This document shows positions 14,551 to 23,218 of a stretch of DNA of 64,000 nt, piece by piece. Under the pieces are notes generated by a model that saw nothing but the letters and a program-made list of their open reading frames with translations, made no database searches and had not been told where the DNA came from. The position numbers were made by a program, and so were the translations under genes. The stretch's first letter is position 1; each line of letters begins with the position of its first letter. This DNA is from Candidatus Eiseniibacteriota bacterium (GTDB lineage Bacteria; Eisenbacteria; RBG-16-71-46): NCBI GenBank assembly GCA_963744995.1, contig CAVUWA010000011.1, positions 192,001 to 256,000 of the forward strand. Direction: 5' to 3'.

Positions 14551-14580
14551 TTGAAGTTATGGCGGCCACCGGCCTATGCT
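14551..14580 (+). promoter_or_regulatory. sigma70-like promoter with long leader
   Basis: TTGAAG-N18-TATGCT, about 300 nt before the next start codon. Confidence 0.4.
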
Positions 14581-14889
14581 TTCCATGGATTTCATGGATC
14601 GACAGGGCCTGCTCGGACCCCCCCGGATCGCACCCAGAAGCCCGGTGGAAGTTCGTGCTTCCCCCGGGCTCTCTCTGTTTCGGGACCGTCCGTGGATGCC
14701 GGGTGGATCTGGGCCCGCCGGCATTGCAGCAATGCGACTTTGTTTTGCCGCGGCAGTCGAGCGCCGCTGCATGGTTGGTGATCACGGGACGCGCGGTCGG
14801 GCGTCCATCGTTCCCGGGGTGGCCGGCGGGCGGGACCCGCAATCGCCTCACGCACCGCAGCACTGCAACCTCACGAGGAGATGGAAAAG

Positions 14890-15639
14890 ATGAAGAAAGC
14901 TACGATTGCGGTTTTTGCTCTCACCGCCCTGGCGCTGGCCGCTCCGGCCTTCGGCGCGCAGCTGCTCAACGACTCGTTTTCGTATCCCGATGGCGACGTC
15001 ACCGTGGCGAGTGGCGGCCTGTGGGTGCGCCACAGCGGCGGCGATGGTCCCTACATCGTGAGCGGTGAAATGGTCCTCGACCTCGTGAACTCGGGCGGCG
15101 GCCTCAACGACGGCGACGTGAACCGCGCGTTCGCGGCTCGCACCGCCACGGACGTGACCTACGTCTGCTTCCAGGCGACGGTCACCGGCAACGCTCCGAG
15201 CGGCGGCGGGACCTACATCGCGCACTTCCGCTCTTCTGCGGACTTCATCTACCCGGGCCGCATCTACCTGACGAGCGAGCCCGCCCTGACGACCTTCACC
15301 TTCGGAATCGCAGCCACGTCATCCGGCACCGTGACCGTGCCCTGGCCGACGGCGCTCAACTTCGGACAGGTGTACAACCTCGTCTGCAAGTATGACGCGG
15401 CCACGGGAACCTCGACGCTGTGGATCGACCCGGTGAGCGAGGCGAGCCCGAGCATCTCGAGCACGAACGCGGTGGCCATCGGCGACCTCATCGATGAGTA
15501 CGCGTTCCGGCAGTCAAGCGGTGTCGACTTCGTCAACGTCGACAACGTCACGGTCGGTGAGACGTTCAACGACGTGTGCGGTGGCGCAACGCCGACCACG
15601 ACCACCAGCTGGGGCCGCATGAAGGCGCTGTACCGCTAG
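14890..15639 (+). CDS. secreted beta-sandwich-like protein with C-terminal SWG..K..YR tail
   Basis: GAGGAG RBS, signal peptide MKKATIAV..APAFG, beta-rich body, ends PTTTTSWGRMKALYR. Alternative start at 14881. Confidence 0.85.
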   Translation: MKKATIAVFALTALALAAPAFGAQLLNDSFSYPDGDVTVASGGLWVRHSGGDGPYIVSGEMVLDLVNSGGGLNDGDVNRAFAARTATDVTYVCFQATVTGNAPSGGGTYIAHFRSSADFIYPGRIYLTSEPALTTFTFGIAATSSGTVTVPWPTALNFGQVYNLVCKYDAATGTSTLWIDPVSEASPSISSTNAVAIGDLIDEYAFRQSSGVDFVNVDNVTVGETFNDVCGGATPTTTTSWGRMKALYR

Positions 15640-15660
15640 TTCGATTCAGACAGTCTCGCG

Positions 15661-15690
15661 GGGCCCGGTCGCGGTGCGGCCGGGCCCTTC
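15661..15690 (+). terminator. putative terminator hairpin
   Basis: Stem GGGCCCGGTCGC/GCGGCCGGGCCC with a weak U tract. Confidence 0.4.
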
Positions 15691-15998
15691 GTGCATCCGC
15701 CTCGCCGGCCTCGCGTAGCGCCCCCGTCCCCGCGAGAGGGCGCTCGGCCTTCCTCCACGCAGGGGCCCCGCCCCCGCCATCCGGCCCCCCTGTGGGTGAT
15801 TTCGCACGGAGGATTGCGCCGCGCCCGATGTCGGCCGAGCCGGCGGCACGCTCGCGCGCACACGCAAGGCGCCCCCGCCCAGCCGCTTACCGCTCCCGCC
15901 GCCTGCTGTCGCGGAGTCGGTCGAGGCCCGTCCGGCAATGTGCTGTGCAACAACCAGTTGGGCGAGCGGGCCGCGTCCCCGTGCACTTCTCCCGCTCC

Positions 15999-16014
15999 CG
16001 GCCGGGCATTTGCT
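15999..16014 (+). promoter_or_regulatory. candidate sigma54 promoter of the lon-like gene
   Basis: CGGCCGG-GCAT-TTGCT, with IHF-like CAACAAccagTTG at ~15948-15960. Confidence 0.5.
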
Positions 16015-16111
16015 AATCGCAATAGATGTCGGAGCCCCCCGGGTGACACCGCCCCGCACCGGCCCGACGTTCCGGTTTTCCAGCCACCGATGCTTCCGAA
16101 GGGAGAAGGGC

Positions 16112-17905
16112 ATGGCTCGCTCGCAGCGGTCACGTAAGCCCTCCGAACGCAGACCGGCGCGCCCCGTACGCGCCCGGAGCGTGATCGCGCCCGCGTTCCC
16201 CACCGGAACCGAGGAGCCGTCACGCACCCGGCCGCGCCCCGTCCGGCCACTGCCGCCCGAGGTCACGCGCCGCGTGAAGCGCGAGATGGACCGCCTGCGC
16301 AGGCTGCCCTCGGGGTCCCCCGAAGCGGGCTCGGTGCGCACCTACCTGCACTGGCTGTGGTCGCTGCCGTGGGAGCACCCGGCGCCCGACGACGCCAACC
16401 TCAAGGGCGTCGAGAAGGTGCTCTTCAAGGACCACCTCGGCCTCGCCAAGGCCAAGGAGCGGATCCTCGAGTACCTCGCCGTGCGCCAGTTGAAGCCCGA
16501 TCTGCCCGGCCCCGCGGTGTGCCTCGTCGGCCCGCCCGGCACGGGCAAGTCGTCGCTCGCCGCCACCGTGGCGAAGGCCCTCCACCGGCCGTTCGTGCGC
16601 ATCGGCGTCTCCGGAACGAGCGACGCCGGCGAGCTGGTCGGCGAGAGCCGGTCCATTCCCGGCGCGCAGCCCGGTGCGCTGGTGCGGGCCATCCGCGAAG
16701 CCGGGGTCAGCAACCCGGTGCTGATGATCGACGGTGTCGACCGGCTGGTCGGTGAGGGCGGTCTCGGCGTGGTCGAGGTGCTGCTCGACCTGCTCGACCC
16801 GGAGAACAGCGCGCAGTTCACCGATCACTACCTCGGCATCCCGCTCGATCTGTCGGGCGCCGTGTTTCTGCTGTGCGCGTACAACCTGGACCTCGTCCCC
16901 GACGTGCTGGCCGAGCGGCTCGAGGTGATCGAGATCCCCGGCTACAGCGAAGACGAAAAACTCGAGATCGCGCGCCGCTTCCTCCTGCCGCGGCAGCTTC
17001 AGGAACACGGCCTGCTCGCGCGCGACGTGCAGCTGAGTGACGACGCCCTGCGCGCGATCGTGCGTTACTACACGCTTGAAGCCGGCGTGCGCGGCCTCGC
17101 GCGCAACCTCGCCGGCGTGTGCCGCAAGGTCGCGCGCGCCCGCGCCACCGGCGAGCGGAAGCGCCACCGCATCACGGCCGAGAAGCTCGAGCCGTATCTC
17201 GGGCACCGGATCTATACGCCCGAGGTCGTCGGCAAGGAGGACGAGGTCGGCGTCGCGGTCGGGCTCGCGTGGACACCCGCCGGCGGCGAGATCCTCGTCG
17301 TCGAAGCGCTCAAGATGCCGGGTGGCGGGCGCGTGGTCACGACCGGACAACTCGGCGAGGTCATGAAGGAGTCGGTGCAGGCCGCCCACTCTTACGTGCG
17401 TTCGCGCGCGCAGCTGCTCGAAATCGACGCGGACGCGTTCTCCAGCTACGACATCCACGTGCACTTCCCCGCCGGGGGGGTTCCCAAGGACGGGCCGTCC
17501 GCGGGCATCACCGTGGGGCTGGTGATCGCGTCGGTGCTCAGCGACCGTCCGATCCGCCACGACATCGCGATGACGGGCGAGGTCAGCCTGCGCGGCAAGG
17601 TGCTGCAGGTGGGTGGCATGCGCGAGAAGGCCCTGGCCGCGTATCGCGCCGGGTTCCGGGCGATGATCTATCCCGCGATCAATGAGAAGGACCTCGACGA
17701 CGTTCCAGCCGACGTGCGCGAGCGACTCGAACTGATTCCCGTCGAAACGATGGACGATGTCTTCGAGATCGCGCTGCACCGGGTGATCATGCCGTCGCGC
17801 CTCGCGGACGGATTCGTCATCGAGATCGAAGAGGACGAGGACGACGAAGCGGCGGATTCGAACGGGATCGATGCGCACCAGTCGGCCCGTAGCCGCCGGC
17901 GCTGA
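16112..17905 (+). CDS. lon: Lon (endopeptidase La)-like protease with no N-domain and a degenerate ATPase
   Basis: DHLGLAKAKERILEYLAV, GPPGTGKS, YTLEAGVR, GLAWT, TGQLGEVMKES, PKDGPSAG (Ser), GGMREK (Lys). Walker B reads MIDGVD. Confidence 0.88.
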   Translation: MARSQRSRKPSERRPARPVRARSVIAPAFPTGTEEPSRTRPRPVRPLPPEVTRRVKREMDRLRRLPSGSPEAGSVRTYLHWLWSLPWEHPAPDDANLKGVEKVLFKDHLGLAKAKERILEYLAVRQLKPDLPGPAVCLVGPPGTGKSSLAATVAKALHRPFVRIGVSGTSDAGELVGESRSIPGAQPGALVRAIREAGVSNPVLMIDGVDRLVGEGGLGVVEVLLDLLDPENSAQFTDHYLGIPLDLSGAVFLLCAYNLDLVPDVLAERLEVIEIPGYSEDEKLEIARRFLLPRQLQEHGLLARDVQLSDDALRAIVRYYTLEAGVRGLARNLAGVCRKVARARATGERKRHRITAEKLEPYLGHRIYTPEVVGKEDEVGVAVGLAWTPAGGEILVVEALKMPGGGRVVTTGQLGEVMKESVQAAHSYVRSRAQLLEIDADAFSSYDIHVHFPAGGVPKDGPSAGITVGLVIASVLSDRPIRHDIAMTGEVSLRGKVLQVGGMREKALAAYRAGFRAMIYPAINEKDLDDVPADVRERLELIPVETMDDVFEIALHRVIMPSRLADGFVIEIEEDEDDEAADSNGIDAHQSARSRRR

Positions 17906-17932
17906 CGCCGGCGTTCCCGGGAGGCGGCCGGT

Positions 17933-18310
17933 TCACTCCCCGCAGCCGGAGTCCTCGACGTCCTCGTCACGCACGCGGCCACCGCGCTCGAGCTCGGACA
18001 GGTAGTCGGCGATCAATGCCCGCGCCGCCTCGGCTTCTACGGCCGGCGTGAGGATTTCCCCCCAGGCGGTCGTCGACCAGTCGCGCGGCACCGAGCCGTA
18101 CGCCGGCAGCGTCGCGCTGCGCAGCATGGCATGCACGCCGTGGTGCTCGAGCATCCCGCACAGCAGCGCGCCGGCAGCCGCGTCGGGGACGCGATGGACG
18201 ACGGTCGGGCCCGACTCGGGCGCGGGCCCCGGGGCCAGCACTTCGCGGCAGCGCGGACACGCGGCGATGTCGTCCTCATAGACCTCGTAGCACTCGGGGC
18301 AATGCTTCAT
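17933..18310 (-). CDS. zinc-ribbon plus DUF2007-like protein
   Basis: CPEC..CPRC, LCGMLEHHGVHA. AAAGGAG RBS. Confidence 0.7.
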   Translation of the reverse strand: MKHCPECYEVYEDDIAACPRCREVLAPGPAPESGPTVVHRVPDAAAGALLCGMLEHHGVHAMLRSATLPAYGSVPRDWSTTAWGEILTPAVEAEAARALIADYLSELERGGRVRDEDVEDSGCGE

Positions 18311-18326
18311 ACGGGCGCCGCTCCTT

Positions 18327-19547
18327 TCACGCCTGCGTGGCGCCGCCCGCCGCCGCGCCGGCATAGCGGTTCCTGAGAATGCGTGCAGCGGCTTCGATGT
18401 CCGCGTCGCTCGAGGCGAGCGACATGCGCACCCAGTCGCCGTATGCCTCGCCGAACGCCGTCCCGGGCAGCACCGCGATGCCGAGTTCCAGCCACTCGCG
18501 CACCAGGTCCCAGACGTCGCGCCCCGCCTTCGCGCCCTTCACGTTCGCGAACGCGTAGAAGGCGCCCTGCGGCGCCGGCACCCGCACCGCGTCCACGCCC
18601 GCGAGCCCTTCGAGCAGCAGGTCGCGCCGCCGTTCGTACGCGGCGCGCATCCTCTCCACCGCGTCCTGCGAGCCGGTGATGGCCGCGGCGCCGGCGCTCT
18701 GCACGGCGGGAAAGACGCCGTGCGTGGTGTAGAACGAGAGCAGCGGACCCATCGCCCGGCGCATGGACGGCGGCGATACGACGTAGCCGAGACGCCAGCC
18801 GGTCATCGCGTACGTCTTCGAGAACGTGTACACGGTCACCGTGCGTTCGGCCATTCCGGGCAGCGAGGCCATGCTCACATGCTTCGCTTCGCCGAACAGG
18901 ATGTGTTCGTACGCTTCGTCGCTCACGACGAACAGGTCGCGTTCCCGGGCGACGTCGGCGATCGCCGCGAGTTGCTCGCGCGCCAGCACGGCGCCGCTCG
19001 GGTTGTTCGGCGAGTTCAGATAGATGCCGCGCGTGCGCGGCGTGAGCGCCCCGCGCAGCCGCTCCGTGAACGCAGCGGGCGTGAGCGTGCCCGCCTGCAG
19101 ATCGAGGTAGGCGGGCAACGGGCGCCAGGTCGCGCCGTCGACGAACCCGACCAGCTTCGGAATCGCCATCCAGTAGGGCGACAGCACGAGCAGCTCGTCG
19201 CCGCCGCCGAGCAACCCCTGGAACGCGAGGAACAGCGCGTGCGTGCCGCCGATGGTCACGACGACGTCATCCGGCTCGCAGGCGATGCCGTTTTCGCGGC
19301 CGAGCTTTTCGACCAGTGCGCGCCGCAGGTTCGTGTTGCCGCGCCCGTCGGGATAGTGCGTCTCGCCGTTGCGCGCGGCGTGCGCGAGCGCCTCGACGAT
19401 GTGCGGCGGCGTGGCGAAGTCGGGCTCGCCACGCTCCAGGTGGTGCACGCGGCGGCCCTCGGCCTCCCGCGTTCGGGCCGCCGTGATCACTTCCCCGAGA
19501 GCGGACGTCATCCTGAGAATCGGGCGGTCGGCGAGCAGGTCTTTCAT
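18327..19547 (-). CDS. PLP-dependent aminotransferase class I/II (aspartate aminotransferase-like)
   Basis: GEPDFATP, LNSPNNPSG, SDEAYE, TFSKTYAMTGWRLG, PQGAFY. Confidence 0.92.
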   Translation of the reverse strand: MKDLLADRPILRMTSALGEVITAARTREAEGRRVHHLERGEPDFATPPHIVEALAHAARNGETHYPDGRGNTNLRRALVEKLGRENGIACEPDDVVVTIGGTHALFLAFQGLLGGGDELLVLSPYWMAIPKLVGFVDGATWRPLPAYLDLQAGTLTPAAFTERLRGALTPRTRGIYLNSPNNPSGAVLAREQLAAIADVARERDLFVVSDEAYEHILFGEAKHVSMASLPGMAERTVTVYTFSKTYAMTGWRLGYVVSPPSMRRAMGPLLSFYTTHGVFPAVQSAGAAAITGSQDAVERMRAAYERRRDLLLEGLAGVDAVRVPAPQGAFYAFANVKGAKAGRDVWDLVREWLELGIAVLPGTAFGEAYGDWVRMSLASSDADIEAAARILRNRYAGAAAGGATQA

Positions 19548-19620
19548 GAATCGTCCCTCGGCGTTCGGCGTGTGCGGGCCGGCAAGGCGGCGCGCGACCC
19601 GCTGCGCGAATGTAACAGCG

Positions 19621-19636
19621 GGGCACACGGCTTGCC
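19621..19636 (+). promoter_or_regulatory. candidate sigma54 promoter
   Basis: GGGCACA-CGGC-TTGCC, ending about 50 nt before GTG 19688. Confidence 0.5.
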
Positions 19637-19687
19637 ATGCTCCGCGTGGACTTTCGTTTCGCAACGCTCAAAGGGGGAGACGCTCAC

Positions 19688-21058
19688 GTGGCCAGGATCC
19701 AGCTTCGGGACATTTCCAATCGCCTTGCAGAATCCAATGGTGCCGACGAGGTGGTGTCGGAGTTCCTCGGTTATCTCCAAGCGGCGCGCCCCGATTGGCG
19801 CGCTTCGCTGGCGTTCTACGACGCCTCGAGCGACGCCCTGACGACCGTCTGCCAGCGGGACCGCCGTGGACTCGTGCAGAATGCCGTGGACCTCGGTGTC
19901 GACCTGCTGCCGGCCCGGCTCGTGCGAAAGTTCTTCCGACCGAGTGCGTTTTTCAACAGGTCCGGCAACCGCGGCCTGCTGGCCACGCTGATCCAGACCT
20001 CCCCGATCTATGAGGCCGCGCCGGCCGATCGTGACCGGCTCGCGCCCCTCGCGGCCATGCCCCACTGGAGGTCGTGCGTGTGCATGCCGCTCAACGACCG
20101 GGACCAGGTGATCGCGCTGCTGGTGCTCACGAGCATGGAGAAGGGCGCGTTTCCTTCGGGCGACATCGGCGACCTGATCCCGGTGCGCAGCATGGCGTCG
20201 CTGGCCCTGACCCAGCACCTGCGGGCCGCGGGCGAGACCCCGGGCGGCGCCGGCGAGGCGCATCTGCGCGAGACCGTGTCGGAGCTCCATGAGCGCGTCG
20301 AGACCCTGCAGCAGCACATGGCGGCGCTGGAGGCGGAGAAGCACGCTCTGGAAGAGCGCTGCGACAGCCTGTCCACCGAGCGCGACACGCTGTCGGAACG
20401 CGTGACCACCGGGCGGATGGAGATCGCGCGCCTCAAGACGTCGCTGCTGCAGGGTCGGCGGGCCGAGGCGGCGCCGCCGCAGCTGTCCGACGTCGATCCG
20501 CTGACGTTCGCGGCGCTCGAAGAATCGCAGCGTACGGTGCAGTTCATGCGCGAGGTCTTTCAGGTCTTGTCGCAGGAACATCGGCGCGAAGATTTCGCGG
20601 CGACACTGCTGACCTGGTACTGCGAGAATTTCGGCGTCGAACGCTGCAGCCTGATGATCTTCGACGCGCCGTCCGATTCGCTGCGCATCGCGGCGTTCCG
20701 TGGTATCGAGCCCGACATCGCGCGCAACGTGCGCGTGCGGCTCGGCGACGGCATCGCCGGGTGGGTCGCGCGACACCGCCGGCCGCTGTTCATCCGCGGC
20801 CGCGAAAACGAAGGGGGCTCCTTCCACACCGATCAGGACGCCTACAACTCCGACTCGTACATCAGCGTGCCGCTCGTCTACAACGGCCGCATGTTCGGCG
20901 TGCTGAACCTCAGCAACAAGCAGAACGGCGACATCTTCGACGACATCGACCTCGACCGCGCGACCCTCACGGGCGCGGTGCTGGGCATGGCGCTCGGCAG
21001 CCGCGAGCCGGCGGTGCGCCGCGCGGCCACGGAGGAGCGGCTGCAGGCTGCAGCCTGA
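19688..21058 (+). CDS. GAF - coiled coil - GAF domain protein
   Basis: SCVCMPL..DQVIALL, a heptad segment, ERCSLM, GDGIAGWVA, SYISVPL..GVLNLSNK. AAGGGGGAG RBS. Confidence 0.82.
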   Translation: MARIQLRDISNRLAESNGADEVVSEFLGYLQAARPDWRASLAFYDASSDALTTVCQRDRRGLVQNAVDLGVDLLPARLVRKFFRPSAFFNRSGNRGLLATLIQTSPIYEAAPADRDRLAPLAAMPHWRSCVCMPLNDRDQVIALLVLTSMEKGAFPSGDIGDLIPVRSMASLALTQHLRAAGETPGGAGEAHLRETVSELHERVETLQQHMAALEAEKHALEERCDSLSTERDTLSERVTTGRMEIARLKTSLLQGRRAEAAPPQLSDVDPLTFAALEESQRTVQFMREVFQVLSQEHRREDFAATLLTWYCENFGVERCSLMIFDAPSDSLRIAAFRGIEPDIARNVRVRLGDGIAGWVARHRRPLFIRGRENEGGSFHTDQDAYNSDSYISVPLVYNGRMFGVLNLSNKQNGDIFDDIDLDRATLTGAVLGMALGSREPAVRRAATEERLQAAA

Positions 21059-21133
21059 GGTCGTGCGCGGCACGCAGACGACTGCGGGTCCGCGCCGCTC
21101 TTCCGACCCGCCGCTGCGCGCGGGGTGCAGCCG

Positions 21134-21646
21134 TCAGTCGCGGGCGTCGCGGAAGCGCGCGAGCGCCCGGCGGTGCGCCTCGAAGGCGATCTCGTCGGGC
21201 AGCCGGTCGAGCGTGAACCAGCGTGCATCGGTCGCGTCGTCGCCGGCGACGAGCTCGCCTCCCACGCGGCGGGCGGTATAGAGGATCAGCACCGCACGCA
21301 CGCGCGGATCGTCGAGCCCGGCGAAGACGCCGAACAACCCGGTGAGTTCGGCCTCGAGGCCGGTCTCTTCCTGCAGCTCGCGGACCGCGCAGGCCTCGGG
21401 GGTCTCGCCGTATTCGATGAACCCGGCGGGCAGGCACCAGGCGCCGGGGCGCGGCGCGAATTTGCGCCGCACCAGCAGCACCTCGCCCCCGTTCGGCAGG
21501 ATGACGCCGGCGGCGGGGGCGGGGTTCCGGTAGTGGACGTAGCCGCACGCCGGGCACACCTGGCGCAGCGTGCCGTGATCGTCACGCGGCTCGAGCACGG
21601 TGGCGCAACGCGGACAGTGGCGGAAGCGCGGATCGAACGAGGACAT
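21134..21646 (-). CDS. NUDIX hydrolase with N-terminal zinc ribbon
   Basis: HCPRC..CPACG.VHYRNP and Nudix box GFIEYGETPEACAVRELQEETGL. Confidence 0.9.
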   Translation of the reverse strand: MSSFDPRFRHCPRCATVLEPRDDHGTLRQVCPACGYVHYRNPAPAAGVILPNGGEVLLVRRKFAPRPGAWCLPAGFIEYGETPEACAVRELQEETGLEAELTGLFGVFAGLDDPRVRAVLILYTARRVGGELVAGDDATDARWFTLDRLPDEIAFEAHRRALARFRDARD

Positions 21647-21876
21647 GAGCGCGCGACGTTACGCGGCGGCCCGAGCGCGGTGCAACCCGCGCCGCCGGAC
21701 GGGAAATGACGAGGCCCGGCCGCCATGCACGGCCGGGCGCTCGTCTTGCCGCCGCCCCAGAGGGCGTCGCGCTGCACCTTCCCGTTCGTTCATCGCCCCA
21801 TGCTGGCACCTGAAGTGTTGAACGGGTCGGATCGACGCCCCCGCACGGGGCGACGGCGACTCCGGGCGGGGTCCCC

Positions 21877-23097
21877 TCAGTCCCCGTCCTCGTCCTGCAT
21901 TCGATCGAGCCGGCGTCCCAGCTCACGCATCTCTTCCTTCAACCGTTCCATCTCGCGGCGCAGCTGCTGCTCGTCGTCGCGGTTGCGCAGGCGCTCCGAG
22001 CGCTGGCGCATCCGGTCGGCCTGCACGCGGGCGCGATCGGCGTGCGCGCGGGCGCGGTCGGCCAGCTCGCGAATCTGTTCAGGCGTGCGATCGCCGCTCC
22101 ATGACCAGGCGTGAACGCCCGGCGCGCGCGCCAGGGTCGGATGCAGCGTCTGCGTCCGACCCTTGCGGATCACCGTCACGTCCACATCGCCCTCGTCGGC
22201 GGCACGCACCGCGGCCATGAGATCGTCCGTATCGTCGATCGATTTGCCGTCGAAGCGGGTGATCACGTCGCCGGCCTTCATCCCGGCCTTGTCCGCCGCA
22301 GAACCCTCGACCACGCGCGTGACCAGCGCGCCCTTGTCCGTCTCGAAGTACGACCCCAGGTCGCCGTTCAGATCCTGGATCTGCACGCCGAGCCGCCCCT
22401 GGCCGCCCAGCACCCGGAGGCCCTTCAGCCCTTCGAGGTCCTTGAGGCCTTCCAGCTCGTGGAGCTCGGGGATCGTGACGTCGCCGTCGTCGTCGAAGCG
22501 GAAGGCGTGCGGGCCTTCGTCGCCACCCTTGAAGCGGTAGATCCTGGTGTCGCCGTCGCCGTTCTTTTCGATCCGCACGCGGCCGTTGTCGAAGACCTTC
22601 ACGTCGTCGTGATCGTCGTCACCGTTCTCGTCATCGCCATGATCGTCGTCGCTGCGCCACGTCCAGCGCTCGGCGCGCGGCGCGAGCGCGTCCCCGGAGC
22701 GCGCCGCCAGCGTCACGTTGAAGGTGCGCCGGACGCCGTCGCGGTCGGCGAGAATCGCCACGCGCTGGCCGACCCGGGCGGCGCGCACCAGATTCACGAG
22801 ATCACCGGCGTCGTCGATCTGCCGGTTGTTGAAGCGGATCAGCACGTCGCCCTTGCGGATTCCTGCATCGTCCGCCGGACTGCCGTCGACGACGCCGCTC
22901 ACGAGCACGCCGTCGCCGTTGTAGCCGAGCCCTTCGCGCAGCCCGCTGGTGAGGTCCTGGGTGTAGACCCCCAGCCAGGCGCCCTCCTTTTCGGCCGCTG
23001 CGGCGGTGCGCACCGCCGCGCCGATCCCGATGGCGGCGACCAGCAGCGCACCGGCGCCCGCCAGCCATCTCCATCGCGGTCCGATCTGTCGCATCAC
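21877..23097 (-). CDS. exported protein with two PDZ domains and a C-terminal coiled coil
   Basis: Signal peptide. WLGV..GVLVSGVVDGSPA..AGIRKGDV and RLGV..GALVTRVVEGSAADKAGMKAGDVI. No protease domain. Confidence 0.85.
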   Translation of the reverse strand: MMRQIGPRWRWLAGAGALLVAAIGIGAAVRTAAAAEKEGAWLGVYTQDLTSGLREGLGYNGDGVLVSGVVDGSPADDAGIRKGDVLIRFNNRQIDDAGDLVNLVRAARVGQRVAILADRDGVRRTFNVTLAARSGDALAPRAERWTWRSDDDHGDDENGDDDHDDVKVFDNGRVRIEKNGDGDTRIYRFKGGDEGPHAFRFDDDGDVTIPELHELEGLKDLEGLKGLRVLGGQGRLGVQIQDLNGDLGSYFETDKGALVTRVVEGSAADKAGMKAGDVITRFDGKSIDDTDDLMAAVRAADEGDVDVTVIRKGRTQTLHPTLARAPGVHAWSWSGDRTPEQIRELADRARAHADRARVQADRMRQRSERLRNRDDEQQLRREMERLKEEMRELGRRLDRMQDEDGD

Positions 23098-23218
23098 ATT
23101 TCCCCCTGTGCTAGCTTCGCCAGCCGTTCAAATCGCCGGTGCACTCATGAAGAACCACGCAGGGCCCGCACCGGTTCCAGGAACCTCGCGTCATTCGGTC
23201 AGATCGGTCACGGGCGCC

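Noticed and set aside
23140..23178. ECF-type promoter GGAACC..GTTCT on the minus strand before the PDZ gene
   Set aside because: Plausible, but too short and degenerate to support from one instance.
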